From Antedon mediterranea (taxonomy: Eukaryota; Animalia; Echinodermata), in assembly GCF_964355755.1 (NCBI RefSeq), contig NC_092680.1, forward strand, positions 17,679,045 through 17,743,044: a stretch of 64,000 nt of DNA, given 5' to 3'. Under the pieces are notes generated by a model. That model was not told where the DNA came from. It did no database searches and saw nothing but the letters and a program-made list of their open reading frames with translations. Both the position numbers and the translations under genes were made by a program. Positions 1 to 13,653 of this stretch are shown here, piece after piece (position 1 is the first letter of the stretch; each line of letters starts with the position of its first letter).

Positions 1-60
1 TTTTCATGTTTTGAGGACGAATACATCTTTGAATGATCTGTATTAGTAAATTATGCTAAC

Positions 61-3000
61 CTTGAATAGGATAAGATCTTGAATTCCCACCATTTGAAAT
101 TGCTGCTGTGTTTTGATTTCCACGAACTTTAACTTCAACATTATATCGACCATCACCGGTAAAATTGAAGAAATATCCCGAATAAACACCATCATCTTTC
201 GTTATGTCTGCGCTTGTACCACTGTCGTAGAGTTCTATGACGTCATCAGATCCATCCGACTTTTCCAAAATGGCAATAACGTCAGCATTCGCAACAGGAT
301 CGTTGCCCTTAGTAGCGAACGCAAATACTACAATATAAGGATCTTGTTGATAATCGATAAATGGATCACTGACAAACGAATTAATCGTAACTGGTGGGTC
401 ATCTTCAGATACTTGTTTAGATTGTACATTAACGCTAACAATTTGAGATTGAAACTGTGATGATGATGACAAGAGTGTTATGAAGAACTTCCAATTTCCA
501 CTCTGAATAAAACAAGCACGGTACGTCATTATATATTTTTGAGTTACGTTTTTGCATAAAATAATCTGTATTTAAACATACTCAAGTTACTCAGTGATCT
601 TTCGACCACATGTAGAACCAACAAGAGCAAACATTGTGAAAATTTACCAAACTCAATACTTACTACAGCTGTTGTTGTAAGACGGATTGTGATAATATTA
701 TCATTGTTATTTAGATCATATTCTTCACTCGATTGGTCAAAAGTTATCCCATTTGGGCCATTCAAGGTTACCTCTATAGGAAAGTCTAACCAAGTGAAGG
801 AAAATATTGTATCGACTCCGACACTTTTGTCAATAGTGACTTCACCTGTTGTGTTTGCAGAAGAGGAGGCAGATAGTGCTTCACTGAACAGCTGTAAATT
901 AGAGAAAACAAATTGAAAAGATAATTTTTTTAAACGCATATATATTTTACACGTCAAAGTCTACAAATTATAATTGACTCAAGTATTTTAATTGATGGAG
1001 TCTAACTTAACCAGGCAATTTAGTTAACGTCAGACACTTTAGATTCAGAGTATAGGCCTACTATACTACTATAGGCTGTATCAGATAATCATGTTACCGA
1101 AATAGGCGGATCCTGATTTTCCAGATCAGATCTATCTGTGATCGTTGCAATCAGTACCTCGTTAAGAACCGTGATGCTGTCAGTATCTGCACGATAAAAG
1201 TATGTATTTCCTCCAGAAACGTCGGATAGAATTCTCAGAGAGGTATCAGCATTATCGGTGAATGCAATTGTATCGACAATAACACCTGCATTCACGACTT
1301 CATCAACCACATCATCAATATCTGGATTAAAATTGTTGTTTCCATCACTTACAACTAGCAGAAACCCACCAGCTGGGTCTTGGTCAAAAGACAACACCTA
1401 TTGAAGTTATTCGGAATATTCACAACATTATTTTATTTTTCTAATTGTAGGCTTACATTATGATATTAATAGCGGTAAAACTTTCTTTTAATTAATAATT
1501 CTCTAATGCCAATATTCACATTATGGATATTCTAGCGTTAGAGTTGGTGAAAATATTGAGGAGGATTGAGTAGTGTACAATGATGTGTAGGTCTATTTGC
1601 ATGGTGATTGAATATACTATATGGCGCTTAGTTAGTAAATAAATACTATTGTTCGGTGTGAACTGCAGAAAACAATATTGATGTCTTGAGTGTGTACTGA
1701 AGTCAATGTTAGTGGAAGTGGCCAAGGGTGTAAATATTGCGTTATTTTCTCAATATCTCATAATTCACGTTAGGTTTACGTAACGGTGGGTTACTTGCCT
1801 GTATTCCCTCAAGAACACCAGAGCCTATGCTTGTGGAGCCACCTGTCCTCGAGGGCAGTTTAAGAATAAGATCTTCTCTAGAACTTTGATCGTCTAAGAG
1901 TGCAAGATTAGCTTTTCGCACTGCAGTGTTTGAGAAAGTTACAATACCAACGTAACTCCCAGTAGGTACGATTGAACTTATATATTGGTCCATGCCTTGA
2001 CGAAGCTTCGCTATTGGATCTCCCTATGTCAATATAAACATTGATGGTTAAATATTTCAACTTGCCTGTGATACATACCATGGTTACCACATGTAACCAT
2101 GGTTACCACATGTAACCATGGTTACCACATACCATAATGGGCTCAAGCTAACTGTAACATCTAATACACTAATCTCAGTTTTTTTCAGCTTTTGCCAAAT
2201 ATTAATTCAAATCCTTTTTAAAAAATCTATAAATATCTTTCATATTAATAAACTCGTGGCAGTTTAGATTAAAGAGACTTAATAATTATGTTCTTTTGAT
2301 CTGCACTTACTGCCATACTGCCAGATGTATCCAGAATTAGCACAATTCGTCTTGTTGACGAATATTGAACAATTTGGAATGTTGGATTTGTGTTTACATC
2401 TCCCACTATTGGCGGATTGTTGCCATCTTTAAAATCATCAGTATTCAAAATGACATCCCAGGTACCCTGCCGACTGCAGTGTTTATTCTGGTTGTTTGGA
2501 GCTTCTTCATAATGACGTTTGCTTTCATCGGCCGCATTACTACTGCAAAAGAAATTTACCTGACGAAGATAAAACAAAAAACAGGATTTGCCCAAAATCA
2601 AGAAAACGATATGTACGAGAAATCTGCATTTAAAAAAAGCTATGCAAATTTTATTTGATAAACTACCGGTACTTCAAAAGAAATTTACCAAAATATTTTT
2701 CTTGGTATAAAAGCTCACTAAAAATAGTAAAATTCATATCTTTAATATGTAGAGAAATTAATATGTAAACATAATAACGTTTATTAGCCATCTTGAATTG
2801 GTAAAATGGTGAACAGAATCATTATGCTTTAAAATTGCTTTGAGCTCCTTTATATTTATAATAATGTAGACACTATTGTTCTTAAGCTATGGAGAATTTT
2901 GTACTCTGTATTATTTTTTCAGAAGTAAAAGATGAAATTAAAGTGCGTTTGACAAAGATGTTCAACGAATATGTGTTGAGTTTAGGTAAAAGCATCACGG

Positions 3001-6000
3001 AATTATAGAATCATTTTATTTTCCACACACTCGTTAAAAAATACATGAATTATGGAGGAAAACATTATATGCATTGTATGGAAGGAGACTATTTAAGTTA
3101 AGACAATAACTTTAAGTCATAGCCACCTTTAACTGAGTTGAAAAAAAACAATAACGAAGCACGACTTGAAGAATAGTTTAAAGTCAATCTAAATCATAAT
3201 TCTTAAATAAAATATAAAAATAAAAGTATAAGTAAAAATACCAGGTATAAATTACAACATACATACATTTTAAGTAAATAAAATGATTGCAGAAACTTAA
3301 GTGCTGTATTCAGAGACCAGAAATTTCATTACGCAATGTTTAAAGAGAATTTGTTTTTCAAGTTTTCGGAGAGCTTATTCCATATATTTGGACGATACTA
3401 AAGAATAGAACGACGTTTATTACTTGGTAAAAATTTTTTGAAAGAAAATCTAGTATTATAATTGTGACGTTGAGAAGCTCTGTTGAAAAGGTTAATAATG
3501 TGAGAAGGTAACATTATTAGATAATCTGAACATAAAAGCAACAACAGGAATTAAAATGCCAGATTTTAAATTACATACAAAAGCACTTAATGTCACAGAG
3601 CTAAAAAGGTTGTTACATTTATACATAAAATGCATATGTTTTATGAGAGTAGTATGTTGAAAGCATGCATAAAGTATAATAATTGTAAAATAAGTGTAGA
3701 CACATATGATGATATAATGAATGAACAGTTGTGGGGTAATAAGTTAATACAACTTAAAAACCAATCACTATTTTGTAAACATTGGATTGAATGTGGCATT
3801 ATTTTAGTGAAGGATATTATAAAAGAAAATAAATTCATAACTTCAAAAGAATTATTGGTAAAATTAAAGTACAAAGCAAACTGGTTAAATGAATACATGT
3901 GCTTATTAAAAGCGATACCAATACAATAGAAAACTATAATCCAATACGATAAAAATTGTTATTATAATATAACAGAAAATATCATTAAGAATAGATATAA
4001 GGACATCACAACAAATAGTATTTATCTCTGTTTTGTGGAGGAAATTTTTGTCCCTCCGGTTTGTCAAGGAAAATGGGAAAAATATTTTGATAATTTTAAT
4101 ATTGATTGGAAGTCATTGTGGTTATCTAAAGTTTGTAAAATGAAAGATAAAAAATTAATACACTTTAATTACAAACTGTTAAATAGAAATTTAGCAACAA
4201 ACAAATAGTTATTTATCTGGAAACTAAAATATACTAATATATGTGGTAGATGTGGAGAGGTACAAGATTAGGGCATATGTTTTTTACTTGTAAATTTATT
4301 AAAGGTTTTTGGACAAAAATAGAGATTGTTTTAAAAGGTACCAATCATATAAACATGTCTTTTCAAAATCTAGTAATTGGAACAAGAAATATTCTTACTG
4401 ATTTTATATATACATTTTGTTGCTTTCACGGTTTATAAACAAAAGATACTGGCTGATTTGCTGATGATTATTTTGTGATGTTCTAATGGCAATAGTGAAC
4501 CTATAATTATTATGTGATGTATATTTTTATATAACTTCTGTCTATTTTCTAAATGCTTTAACTTTTTATATATGTAAAATACTCAAAATAAGAAAAAAAA
4601 AATTAAGCTGCAGCGATAGTTTTCTACTGAAACTAAATTGATATAGATTATTGTAACAAATGTAAAGAATGAAATAAAAGTGAGTGAATCTCACAAAAGA
4701 CAACAAAAAAAGCAGCAGTTTGTAGTTTGTTTATATAAAATACATTAAGAATTTTAAATTGATGAACATAATGTTTTGTGTTTGCTCTATAAGAAGCTCC
4801 AGCGCAAATACGAAAAGCCCGCTTTTGAAGACGGAAAAGATGATCAATATTTATTATTTAACAACATATTTATACAAGATTTGACAATCAGGTAAAATAT
4901 ACGTTTTACATTTTCGTCCTGTCTAAGACACGAAAATTGGAAGAAAAATTTAAAACTTTATTTTTATGAAAATAAATAAGATCTATATCTTGTTTCCATG
5001 GCCTAATTGTTTTTACTCACCGAATCTAGAAACTGTTTGTACATTAGCGAGGTTTGAGATGTCTGCCTGATACTTTCATCGGTAAAATCACAACTTCGTC
5101 GGTATATCCCTGTCTTGGGGTCTGCCTGGCAAGGTGCCCCGTTTTCTACATATTTCCCGTTAATTGCTTCTGAACAACGCGTTGCTTCTATCAAATCTCT
5201 ACTGCTCACAAAGAATTTTGGATTAAATGGTGTTGGATATTCATCAAACACACCCCATCGCAAATGACCCCATTCATGGACAACAGTCTTATCTATAAAA
5301 AAAAAAGTGAAATAAAAAAGAGTGAAAAAAAAGTGACATTAAAAATGAAAACTAAATGAGGCCATAATAGGCCATATGTTGAAATGTTGCGCACAGAAAA
5401 AGATTATACCATTATGACCTAAAAAATATGTTGCTACTGCTAAATTCTGTCTGTCTATTTTGTGTTATATAGTATACTAGCAATTATACCCGTCCCAGGG
5501 CGGGTTTTAAAATTAGTTTAAAGCCTTCTTAGTACATAACACCCGACGCCAGTAGGCCTACCTCCCATACTCACCCACCCCCACCCCTCTTCAATAACAC
5601 CCCACACTCTTTTTTAAAAACAAATTCTTCCCAGTACAAATTCAATTCAACTTCAAATTGAGAGGGTATACATAGCTACGATATGGTAAGTCCGTTGTAC
5701 TGTGTAAATAAATAGGTGTCATATTGGCTGATAATTAAAATATCTAATTTTTATACTGCGGCCCCCTAGCCTTCATTCTCCTCTCACCATCCAAGCCACA
5801 ATCAACAAACCTTAACTCCTCCTCTGGACAGTTCAAATGTAGTAACTGTCGTATTACAATTCAAATCATATAGGCTACCGTACTCCATTACGCCAGTATT
5901 TTGGGTCCTCCTCCTCCCCCAGATACTGGGTGATGTGTTTAAGAAGGTTCCAGTAAAAATTATGTTAGCCATCACTCCCAACCCATAATCCATCAGTGGC

Positions 6001-9000
6001 AGTTTTCAAAAGTAGTTTAAAACATTCCCAATACTGTTTCGGTCTTGGTGATAGGCCTCTATACATCCTCACCACAAACTCACAGCCACTTTCCGGGGAT
6101 AATTAAAATACGTTAACATCTTCCAACCACAATTCCATATGTATGGTTACATGCAGAAATCGAAATTTGTATAACAAACAAACATCGAAAATGGCCCATT
6201 TTGACCACATTATGACCCCTAACTTGGATCCTATATATATACAGTAAAACTATTTCTTTGGATCCTATTGAGAGGACACCCCTAATAAGAAAACATTTTC
6301 ATGCAAAACGAAGGGCAATATGTTTTAACACTCTACCCTCTACCAAGTGGACAGTCCTAAAGGGGACAGGGATACATTTGAGTCCATCGAATGGTTGACT
6401 TAACTCCAGATGAGGGGACAATATTTTTTCCCATCACAAAAACAACAGAAAAGTACCAACATAATTATATTCATTTAGATGGTTATTAGTACAAAAACAG
6501 AACTATGTTCATAATAATTATAATTTCTCGGTCTTTAACGCTCTAATTTTTTGCCCAATATTACCATATTTCCAATGTTTGTGTACCACTTCCAAAACTT
6601 GTGCACATTAAATCAATTAATGTGGATTGTGACCAATAAGTGGTGGATCCAAATTGTAAAATGATGTGCTGAACTTAACCTAATGATATTTTGTATTGTA
6701 GTGTATTTTCACCCCAACCCTCTTCTGCCTAGTATGCCAACAATCTCTTTATTTTTACTAAACACATCATAGGTACCTGTCACCTGCAAAATCTTTATCA
6801 CTTTAGGCCACTGAAAAAGTTAAAGAGGACAATTTCAGTTTTTGATTAGTGTTCCCTCAATAGGGCTACCCTATCCATATTAAGGAGATAATATGTGCCC
6901 ACTTATTAATAGCGGTTCAGTTCTACTGTATCGTGAAATTTAATGAAAGAATACATTTATAATAGCTGAGTAACGGGAGATGATTGTAGCATAAGAACCA
7001 AAACGAGACATTCCCCACCATACTGTTTGTTTTACAGTGTAGGTCGACCTACCACAAACCTAACTTTACTAGCGTTTATTTGCCATACAAACCTTTAATA
7101 TAAACAATAAAACAAATTGATTGATTATTTACAAAATTTAAACATTTTAAAATTTAACAATTTGGATTAGGCCTATGTTCAAATTTGTTCATGTGTAACA
7201 AAATGAAGTCTTTAAACGCCAAACAACCGCAATGTAATATATATGTTATGTGTCAGAAATACATTTTCTGGTCATTTTAGAAGAAAGTGTTCTATTTAGT
7301 TCATTATTCGGTTCAACTTTAACGATTTAAGATTTTAACGATTTTCAACGTTAATTTTTACCCCCTTTTCCTGTTAAATCGTTGAATATGTCAACTCAAC
7401 GCAACTCAACGTAACTTAACGTCGACAGGAAAACAGGCTTAAGATATATGATATAAAGCGGCCATTTTGAAAAAGCGCCCAACACGTAACGGTGAAAAAC
7501 GCATCTAAAAGTTGGACACCAAGTTGAAATTTGTTTCTTGATGTCATTGACCACATGAAAGTGAAAAATCAAACTTGGTCAAATCGTATAAAGTAAATAA
7601 CAAATGCTTCCTGACTATAATGAAGAGTGTTAAGAAAGCATGAAACTCTGAAAGAGTAAAATTAAGAAAGATAATAAGAAAGAATAAGAATAAGAAAAAT
7701 GGATCAAATAGAGTAAAATAAGGTTTAAGCCTAATTAATAACTTTATTAGTACAGTAATTATGTTTTAACCTGCAAGTTACAATTTCAGCTAAAATATTT
7801 TTAAAGATTTTAAGGTATAGAGCTAAAAAAAACTATAGTAAACTAATACTTGTTACTACTGGAGACTTGGCAGTTACAGATAATAAATAATACTATACTG
7901 TACATTAAAAGTAAAGTTTATCTTGTCCTCCTCCCTGCCACTAAGCAGAAAATATAGATGGCCTATATCATTGTTATTTCACATTACCTCTTCTACCATA
8001 ACGATTTTCAGCGTAGACTTTATCTCGCACGTACTTTGGAGATAAGACCATCATTTCGCCCTGTTTACCACACCCCATTATGTTAGTCACATATGGGCCA
8101 TCGTCACCTTCTATCACAACATTCGCTCTGTCGTACGTTTCTGTTCTTGCATTTTTATATTCGTCGCGTCGGGGCCACGACGTTGGAACGAGTATGATGA
8201 TACTTTTCCAGTAAACTCTTTGATTCGTAGCTTGGAACAAAAACGACGACCCTGTAGTGAAGATTTCCTAAAATGCAAAAATATTAAATAATGATTTGAA
8301 AATAGCCTACAATTACAAGCAGTGTCGTATTTAACATGACTCGTTGAAACGTGTTTATTCTACCATAACAAATTGAATTATTGTTTTGATCAACTTTACC
8401 TACAATAAATTAAAAAAACGTCATTAACCTTTCTATCCCACACTGGTAGGAAATTCATTTGCTCGTGGAAGACAAATATCAATAACATGTGTTTAAATAA
8501 AGAAATAAATTACAAAAAGCAGAGCATATTATCATCTAAGAGTACCATTATAAAAATATTATTATTCACTTATTTCTTATGTATATTTATTTATTATTAT
8601 TTTTTTTATAATTATACTTAATTTCCTATACAGTACTATTATTATCATTATTATTATTATTATTATTATTTTTACTTCATTGTCTATAGTAACGTTTCAA
8701 TAAAAAAAACTATCTTATGTTAAAATACAAGAATGTCCATCTAGGAGTATCGTTAACATAACTTTTATATCCCTTTATTGGTATTTCGTATCACGTGCAG
8801 TTTATCCCATTTCAACGACTATGGGTAGCATACTATTGCACGTTCGACTTTTTAAAAATACTTTGAGAAATGTGTGCGATACTGTGTTATATATAGGTTG
8901 TTATACCTAGTATCTTATCGGTCCGTTACGTTACCGTACATTAAAAATGAATCCGGTCCGGTAGCAGACTAGAACCCTAGATCCACCACTATTCTCATAG

Positions 9001-9265
9001 GGCGAAACTTTCCATTGTTTTTATTTATATCCCGTGTACATTCTGAAGGTGAATGCGGATCTTTTTAAATCGATACAGAAAATTCGGACATTCTTACCTT
9101 AATATTGTCTATCAAGTCCTGGCTCTCTGATTCTTTCTTACTAATGGCAATCAATAGGTTTTCATAGCCGCCTTCGCTTAGAGTAACAGGATTTCTTTTC
9201 GAAGCAGCCAAAGTAAACGCGATAAGACAAGATAAAAAGATAAAGCAGCAAAATGAATTAGCCAT
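61..9265 (-). CDS. CLCA: Calcium-activated chloride channel regulator (CLCA family metalloprotease/vWA protein); 3' part lies outside the window
   Basis: Exons by eye: 9265-9098 (signal peptide, GYENLLIAI), 8267-7988, 5292-5021 (HEWGHLRWGVFDEY metalloprotease motif), 2559-2311 (EAPNNQNKHC, LILDTSGSM vWA MIDAS), 2023-1799 (TSIGSG), 1397-1098 (VSDG), 891-664, 502-61 (DITKDDGVYSGYF). Splice phases are consistent. Confidence 0.93.
1398..1798 (-). other. GC-AG intron of CLCA
   Basis: Donor reads CAG|GCAAGT (phase 0) and the next exon starts at phase 0 (TAG|GTG TTG). The nearby GT would give the wrong phase. Confidence 0.75.
2077..2135. repeat. 19-bp tandem repeat with internal palindromes (CATGGTTACCACATGTAAC, about 3 copies)
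   Basis: Directly visible in CLCA intron 4. Confidence 0.85.
3170..3545 (-). mobile_element. Degraded 3' end of a CR1/L2-group LINE
   Basis: The minus strand gives a fragmented '...PNIWNKL...FSLN' C-terminal motif, similar to the remnants at 45.3 and 49.5 kb. Confidence 0.5.
3600..4602 (+). mobile_element. Degraded L1/Tx1-like LINE 3' region (post-RT, zf-RVT region)
   Basis: ORF pieces LWGNKLI..WIECGIILVKDII, ..W..IF..IDWKSLW.., HMFFTC..IKGFW, with stops and frameshifts and an A-rich tail near 4590. Confidence 0.65.
6242..6928. mobile_element. Tc1/mariner-type non-autonomous element (MITE)
   Basis: TA|CAGTAAAAC ... GTTCTACTG|TA termini, with internal GGACAC/GTGTCC-like motifs. Confidence 0.55.
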
Positions 9266-10231
9266 CCTTCAACACTTAATACCAACTAATATTATTAAAA
9301 TGTTACACTGCTGTTCAACAGAAAAACAATCGGTTCCTTGCACTCACTTTGCCATAGTATTTGTGGTGTGTAGGCCTACAATGAAATGATGCATAACGAT
9401 GCAAGGGAAAATAAGGGGAACACCCACATACCAAATCAAAAACAAATGTTTGTTTTGAATTGTTATCAGAAAGAATGTGTTTGGGCCAACTGCACATAAA
9501 TAATGGAACCTTTCAAAAATTAAATCATAACCCTGAAAATAATATCGACGGTTCCAGAAAATCGAAACTTTCTTTTAATAGAATAATAATAGGCTAAATT
9601 TCCAGAAATGCAATATGACCTATAACCCTATACTGCAGCTAATGTTCAATTGTGTGCAATTTATACAGAGTGCAATTTTAAACAATCACAACCATAGTCC
9701 GTAGAATTAAAATAAATATGTTTTGACGTTTAGCAAAGTTTTACGAGTCTTGGAATTTCCAAAAAAGTACAGAATTCTACGTTGGCCTTTCAATGTATTT
9801 TAAGTACAAGGGGGATTTTTGGCTAGCAACGTGACGTCAGAGTGACATTTGAAGCTTTCGATCGCGCGGATAGGACCCGGTCTCGTCTGTTTACCTCAAT
9901 AGTTAGAGATTGTAAACTCATCGATAATAAGCGGTCGAGACAAGTTTTTAGTTCTAAACCAGTTCCTCTTAACCAAAAAAGGGGGAAATGTTAAATTAAA
10001 AATGCTAAAAATGTATTCTATATACTATTATAATTGTTTGTTTTTTCTTCTTGGTTGAATAAATACTAGTCAATTTGCATCATCGACACAAAGATCTTTT
10101 TTTCCATTTTGTCTACGATATTCCTAAATGTTAGGCGTACTTTTGGTCCTATCATGACAGTCTACAGAAGTATAAACCACTAGCGTAAAAAACCTTACCA
10201 TTTATGGTATAACTTTCTTATTGTTATTGTT

Positions 10232-12526
10232 ACGTACGGCCATACTGCGTTGAAACACCGGTTCTCGTCAGATCACCGAAGTTAAGCAATTTACTCTAGT
10301 AGCTAGATCAACTTTCGTATGCACTTTGAGGTCCAGAGAATTTGACTTCAGAAATTGGTTTAGGATGGTCAAACAATCATTATTGGCTTGGTTACACATT
10401 TTGAAAATGTGGCGAAAGGTCAAAAGGTCAGGGTGAAAGGTTATCAAACTAAACACCAATAAGTCCTTAAATCTCGACAACGACTGGTCACAGCGAGGTA
10501 ATTTTGGTCTCAAATTGATCAGAAGGTATACATTTATATTCAGTCTAATGGGACATTTTAGTCAAAAATGACCGGAAATGCCATTTCTGACCTTTGACCC
10601 ACACCCCAGGGCATGTATGTATCTCCGTAACTACTGATTGTAGACACTTGAATTTGGTCTTAAATTGTTTGAAATAAACATTTTGTTATTTGTTGCACAT
10701 TTTTTAAAATGTTACAAAAGGTCAAAGGGTCAGGGTCAAGGGTTATATGAACAAATATAAATAGATAATTGTATCTCGGCAACTACTCGTCGCAGCAAGT
10801 CAATTTTAGTCTCAAAATGTTCAGAAGGCATGCATTTATATTCCGTCTAATGGGACATTTTAGTCAAATTTAGTCAGAAATGCCATTTCTGACCTTTGAC
10901 CCACATATCATGGCATCTTCATATCTCTGTAAGTACTGGTCGTAGAAACTTAAATTTGGTATCAAATTGTTCGAAATATACATATTTACATTCATTGTAA
11001 TAGAAAATGTGGTTAAAAGATGAACAGAAATACTATTACTAATGTTTCAAACAAAACAAAAATCTCTACATAACTTATCCAGTAATGTTATGCAATAACT
11101 GATACTTTAAATTGTTTCAATTTCAAGTACTTATAGCTCAACGGTTCTTTTCGGAATGCTAGAATTGTAACTTGCCATGTGTATCCGATTAAACGCCCCG
11201 GGCATTTATTGTTTAAAGGGGTTTTTAGGGGGAGGGGAGGCATCTTTATTTGGAGTATAATATGGTAACATGTATAATAAAATAAATACCACCTAGATGT
11301 AAAAAAATACAGCACAATTAATATCAAAAAGTCAAAAAAATGCTTGGTAAATTGTAGATTATGGTAGTTAATGTATATGTTGTGATACAATTATTGTGTA
11401 AATGCATGTGGCGGGCGTATTCCACATGATGTTCTATTGGAGGGAATGGTGGCGTTTATTTGAGGGAGGCTTTTATTCAAATATGATATGAAGATGCCCT
11501 GGTATGTGGGTCCAAGGTCAGAAATGGCATTTCTGATCATTTTTACTAAAATGCCCCATTAGACGGAATATAAATGCATGCCTTCTGAACATTTTGAGAT
11601 CAAAATTGACTTGCTGCGACCAGTGGTTGCCGAGATACAAGTACCTTTATTTATTTGTTCATATAACCCTGGACCCTGACCCTTTGACCTTTTGTAACAT
11701 TTTTCAAAATGTGTAAAAAATAACAAAATATATATTTCGAACAATTTAAAACCAAATTCAAGTGTCTACGACCAGTAGTTACGGAGATAAATACATGCCC
11801 TGGATTGTGGGTCAAAGGTCAGAAATGTCATTTCCGGTCATTGTTAAGTAAAATGTCCCATTAGACTGAATATAAATGTATACCTTCTGATAAATTTGAG
11901 ACCAAAATTACTTCGCTGTGACCAGTGGTTGTTGAGATTTAAGGACATATTGGTGTTTGGTCTTATGACCTTTCACCCTGACCTTTTGACCTTTCGCCAC
12001 ATTTTCAAAATGTGTAACCAAGCCAAAAATGATTGTTTGACCACCCTAAACCAATTTCTGAAGTCAAATTCTCTGGACCTCAAAGTGCATACGAAAGTTG
12101 ATCTAGCTACTAGAGTAATTGGGCCCGCGGTAGCGTACTGGATGGGAGACCGTTTAGAAATGGCGGCGGGTGCTGTATATACTGGAGAGTGATGGTTTAA
12201 TGGCAATATCGGACTAGCATGTAATAGGCATGGGTTCGAGGTTATCTGTACCATACTAATTGCATCCTTAGGCAAGATGGTTTACTCTCATTGCCTCATC
12301 CTTCGGATCGGATGTAAAGCCTTCGGTCCTGTGTACTTAACAGTGCACGTTAAAGAACTTGGTACACTATTCGAAAAGAGTAGAGGATCGTCTCCCGGTG
12401 TGCTGATCTGGTAGGCGCTGCACTGCTGGCTGCCGTGGGTTCGTGGAGGGCCTAATCCGAATTTTCTCAGTTTCCAGTTAAGCTTGAGGACAAATATAAA
12501 CACCTTTACATTTACCTTTACCTTTA
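10232..12526 (+). mobile_element. Chimeric 5S rRNA + tRNA-headed Deu-domain SINE (AmnSINE1/SINE3-like), interrupted by a DNA element
   Basis: 5S 5' half 10232-10291 (TACGGCCATAC..GAAACACCGGTTCTCGTCAGATCACCGAAGTTAAGC). 5S 3' half 12121-12178 (TGGATGGGAGACC, GGGTGCTGTA). tRNA-like A/B boxes 12190-12240. Deu-like core 12300-12400 (CCTTCGGAT..GCACGTTAAAGAAC..GAAAAGAGTAG..CCCGGTG). (TTTACC)n tail 12501-12526. Confidence 0.8.
10292..12117. mobile_element. Non-autonomous DNA transposon with about 630-bp terminal inverted repeats (foldback-like)
   Basis: Termini TACTCTAGTAGCTAGATCAACTTTCG / CGAAAGTTGATCTAGCTACTAGAGTA. Arms about 10292-10925 and 11485-12117, each built from an internal ~300-bp duplication. 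Flanked by an ATT direct repeat. Confidence 0.9.
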
Positions 12527-13653
12527 TTGACAATTTGTAAAAGTACAAATGAGTCGTGGACACAGATGATTAACTCTTCATTTTATAAAATCATGTTAAA
12601 AAACTTCTGAACCAAAAAGGAATGCGTAATACAAATAATTAAATGTAATTTGTTTCTAGAAAAACCAAAATATTTATTTTATATTGAATATAGGTTATAC
12701 ATTTTCAGATATACCATTAAAATTGGAAATCGATTGAAACCCCACAATTTCAAATCGACGTAAAGAAGAAATCTTCTCCCGTTTGCCACGTCCAAATATT
12801 TATTTATTCACAATTCACAATTACATTTAATTTACAATATTGAATAGTATATCAAAAGAAGCGAGTGCTTGTCAGTTTGATAACCATTGTTTAAATGCAT
12901 TTAAATGTACAGTACATACAACATTTTAAAAAAAATATGTGCAAAAAAAAAGTAAAAACGTTGGTTGCCCAGGACCGGTTAGCACCTCAGGTGGGGCACT
13001 CCCTTGTGGAGATATGACATTGACAAGAATCCAGAATATTTATGATAATATACGCCAAAATATTTTTTATTTTATCTCTATAGGCCTATGTGTAAAAGAT
13101 GCAAATGATTTGTAAAAATTACATTGCATCTTGCGCTATCTGAGCCAGTAAATGTGGAGCCCGACTGCTGCCTGTAGTTGTCTGCACAACTCACCAATAA
13201 GAACGTCAGGTTAGAACAAATGAGCACATCACGTTTTCTACAACGTAGATGCGCTCTCTGACATACTTCCCATACTGTCTTCAAAACCACCATGAACGTT
13301 TGTTTGAGAAAAAGCTATTTATACGCGGCGGAACCTGGACACGCAAAGACGATTGGAACTCACCATGTCATTTTGGAATTTATATTTATTTTTATTTTTT
13401 ACGCGTGGATTCGACGTGCACCGTGACTTCTTGTTTTCACGTTGGGCGTGTGTATCCACTAGTTTGTTTCCTAACATTGTTTTTAAACATTAGTGGTTAT
13501 TGGTTACGACACATTTTCTTCTTCTGTCGCTGCTGATGCTGGACTACAAGCAAGAATAATTAACATCGTAATTAATTAAAATTCTGTTTCTTGCATTTTA
13601 TGGGGTTAGGCCCTACATTTTCAAGTTTTGTTTCGACAAATGAATGTAGTATG

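Noticed and set aside
10232-12178. Functional 5S rRNA gene, or a 5S gene with an intron
   Set aside because: Diverged, interrupted by a TIR element with a TSD, no oligo-T terminator, and it continues into a SINE body.
10268-12275. Near-identical opposite-strand ORFs (MRPKL...) as a gene pair
   Set aside because: They are the two arms of the inverted repeat and show no coding features.
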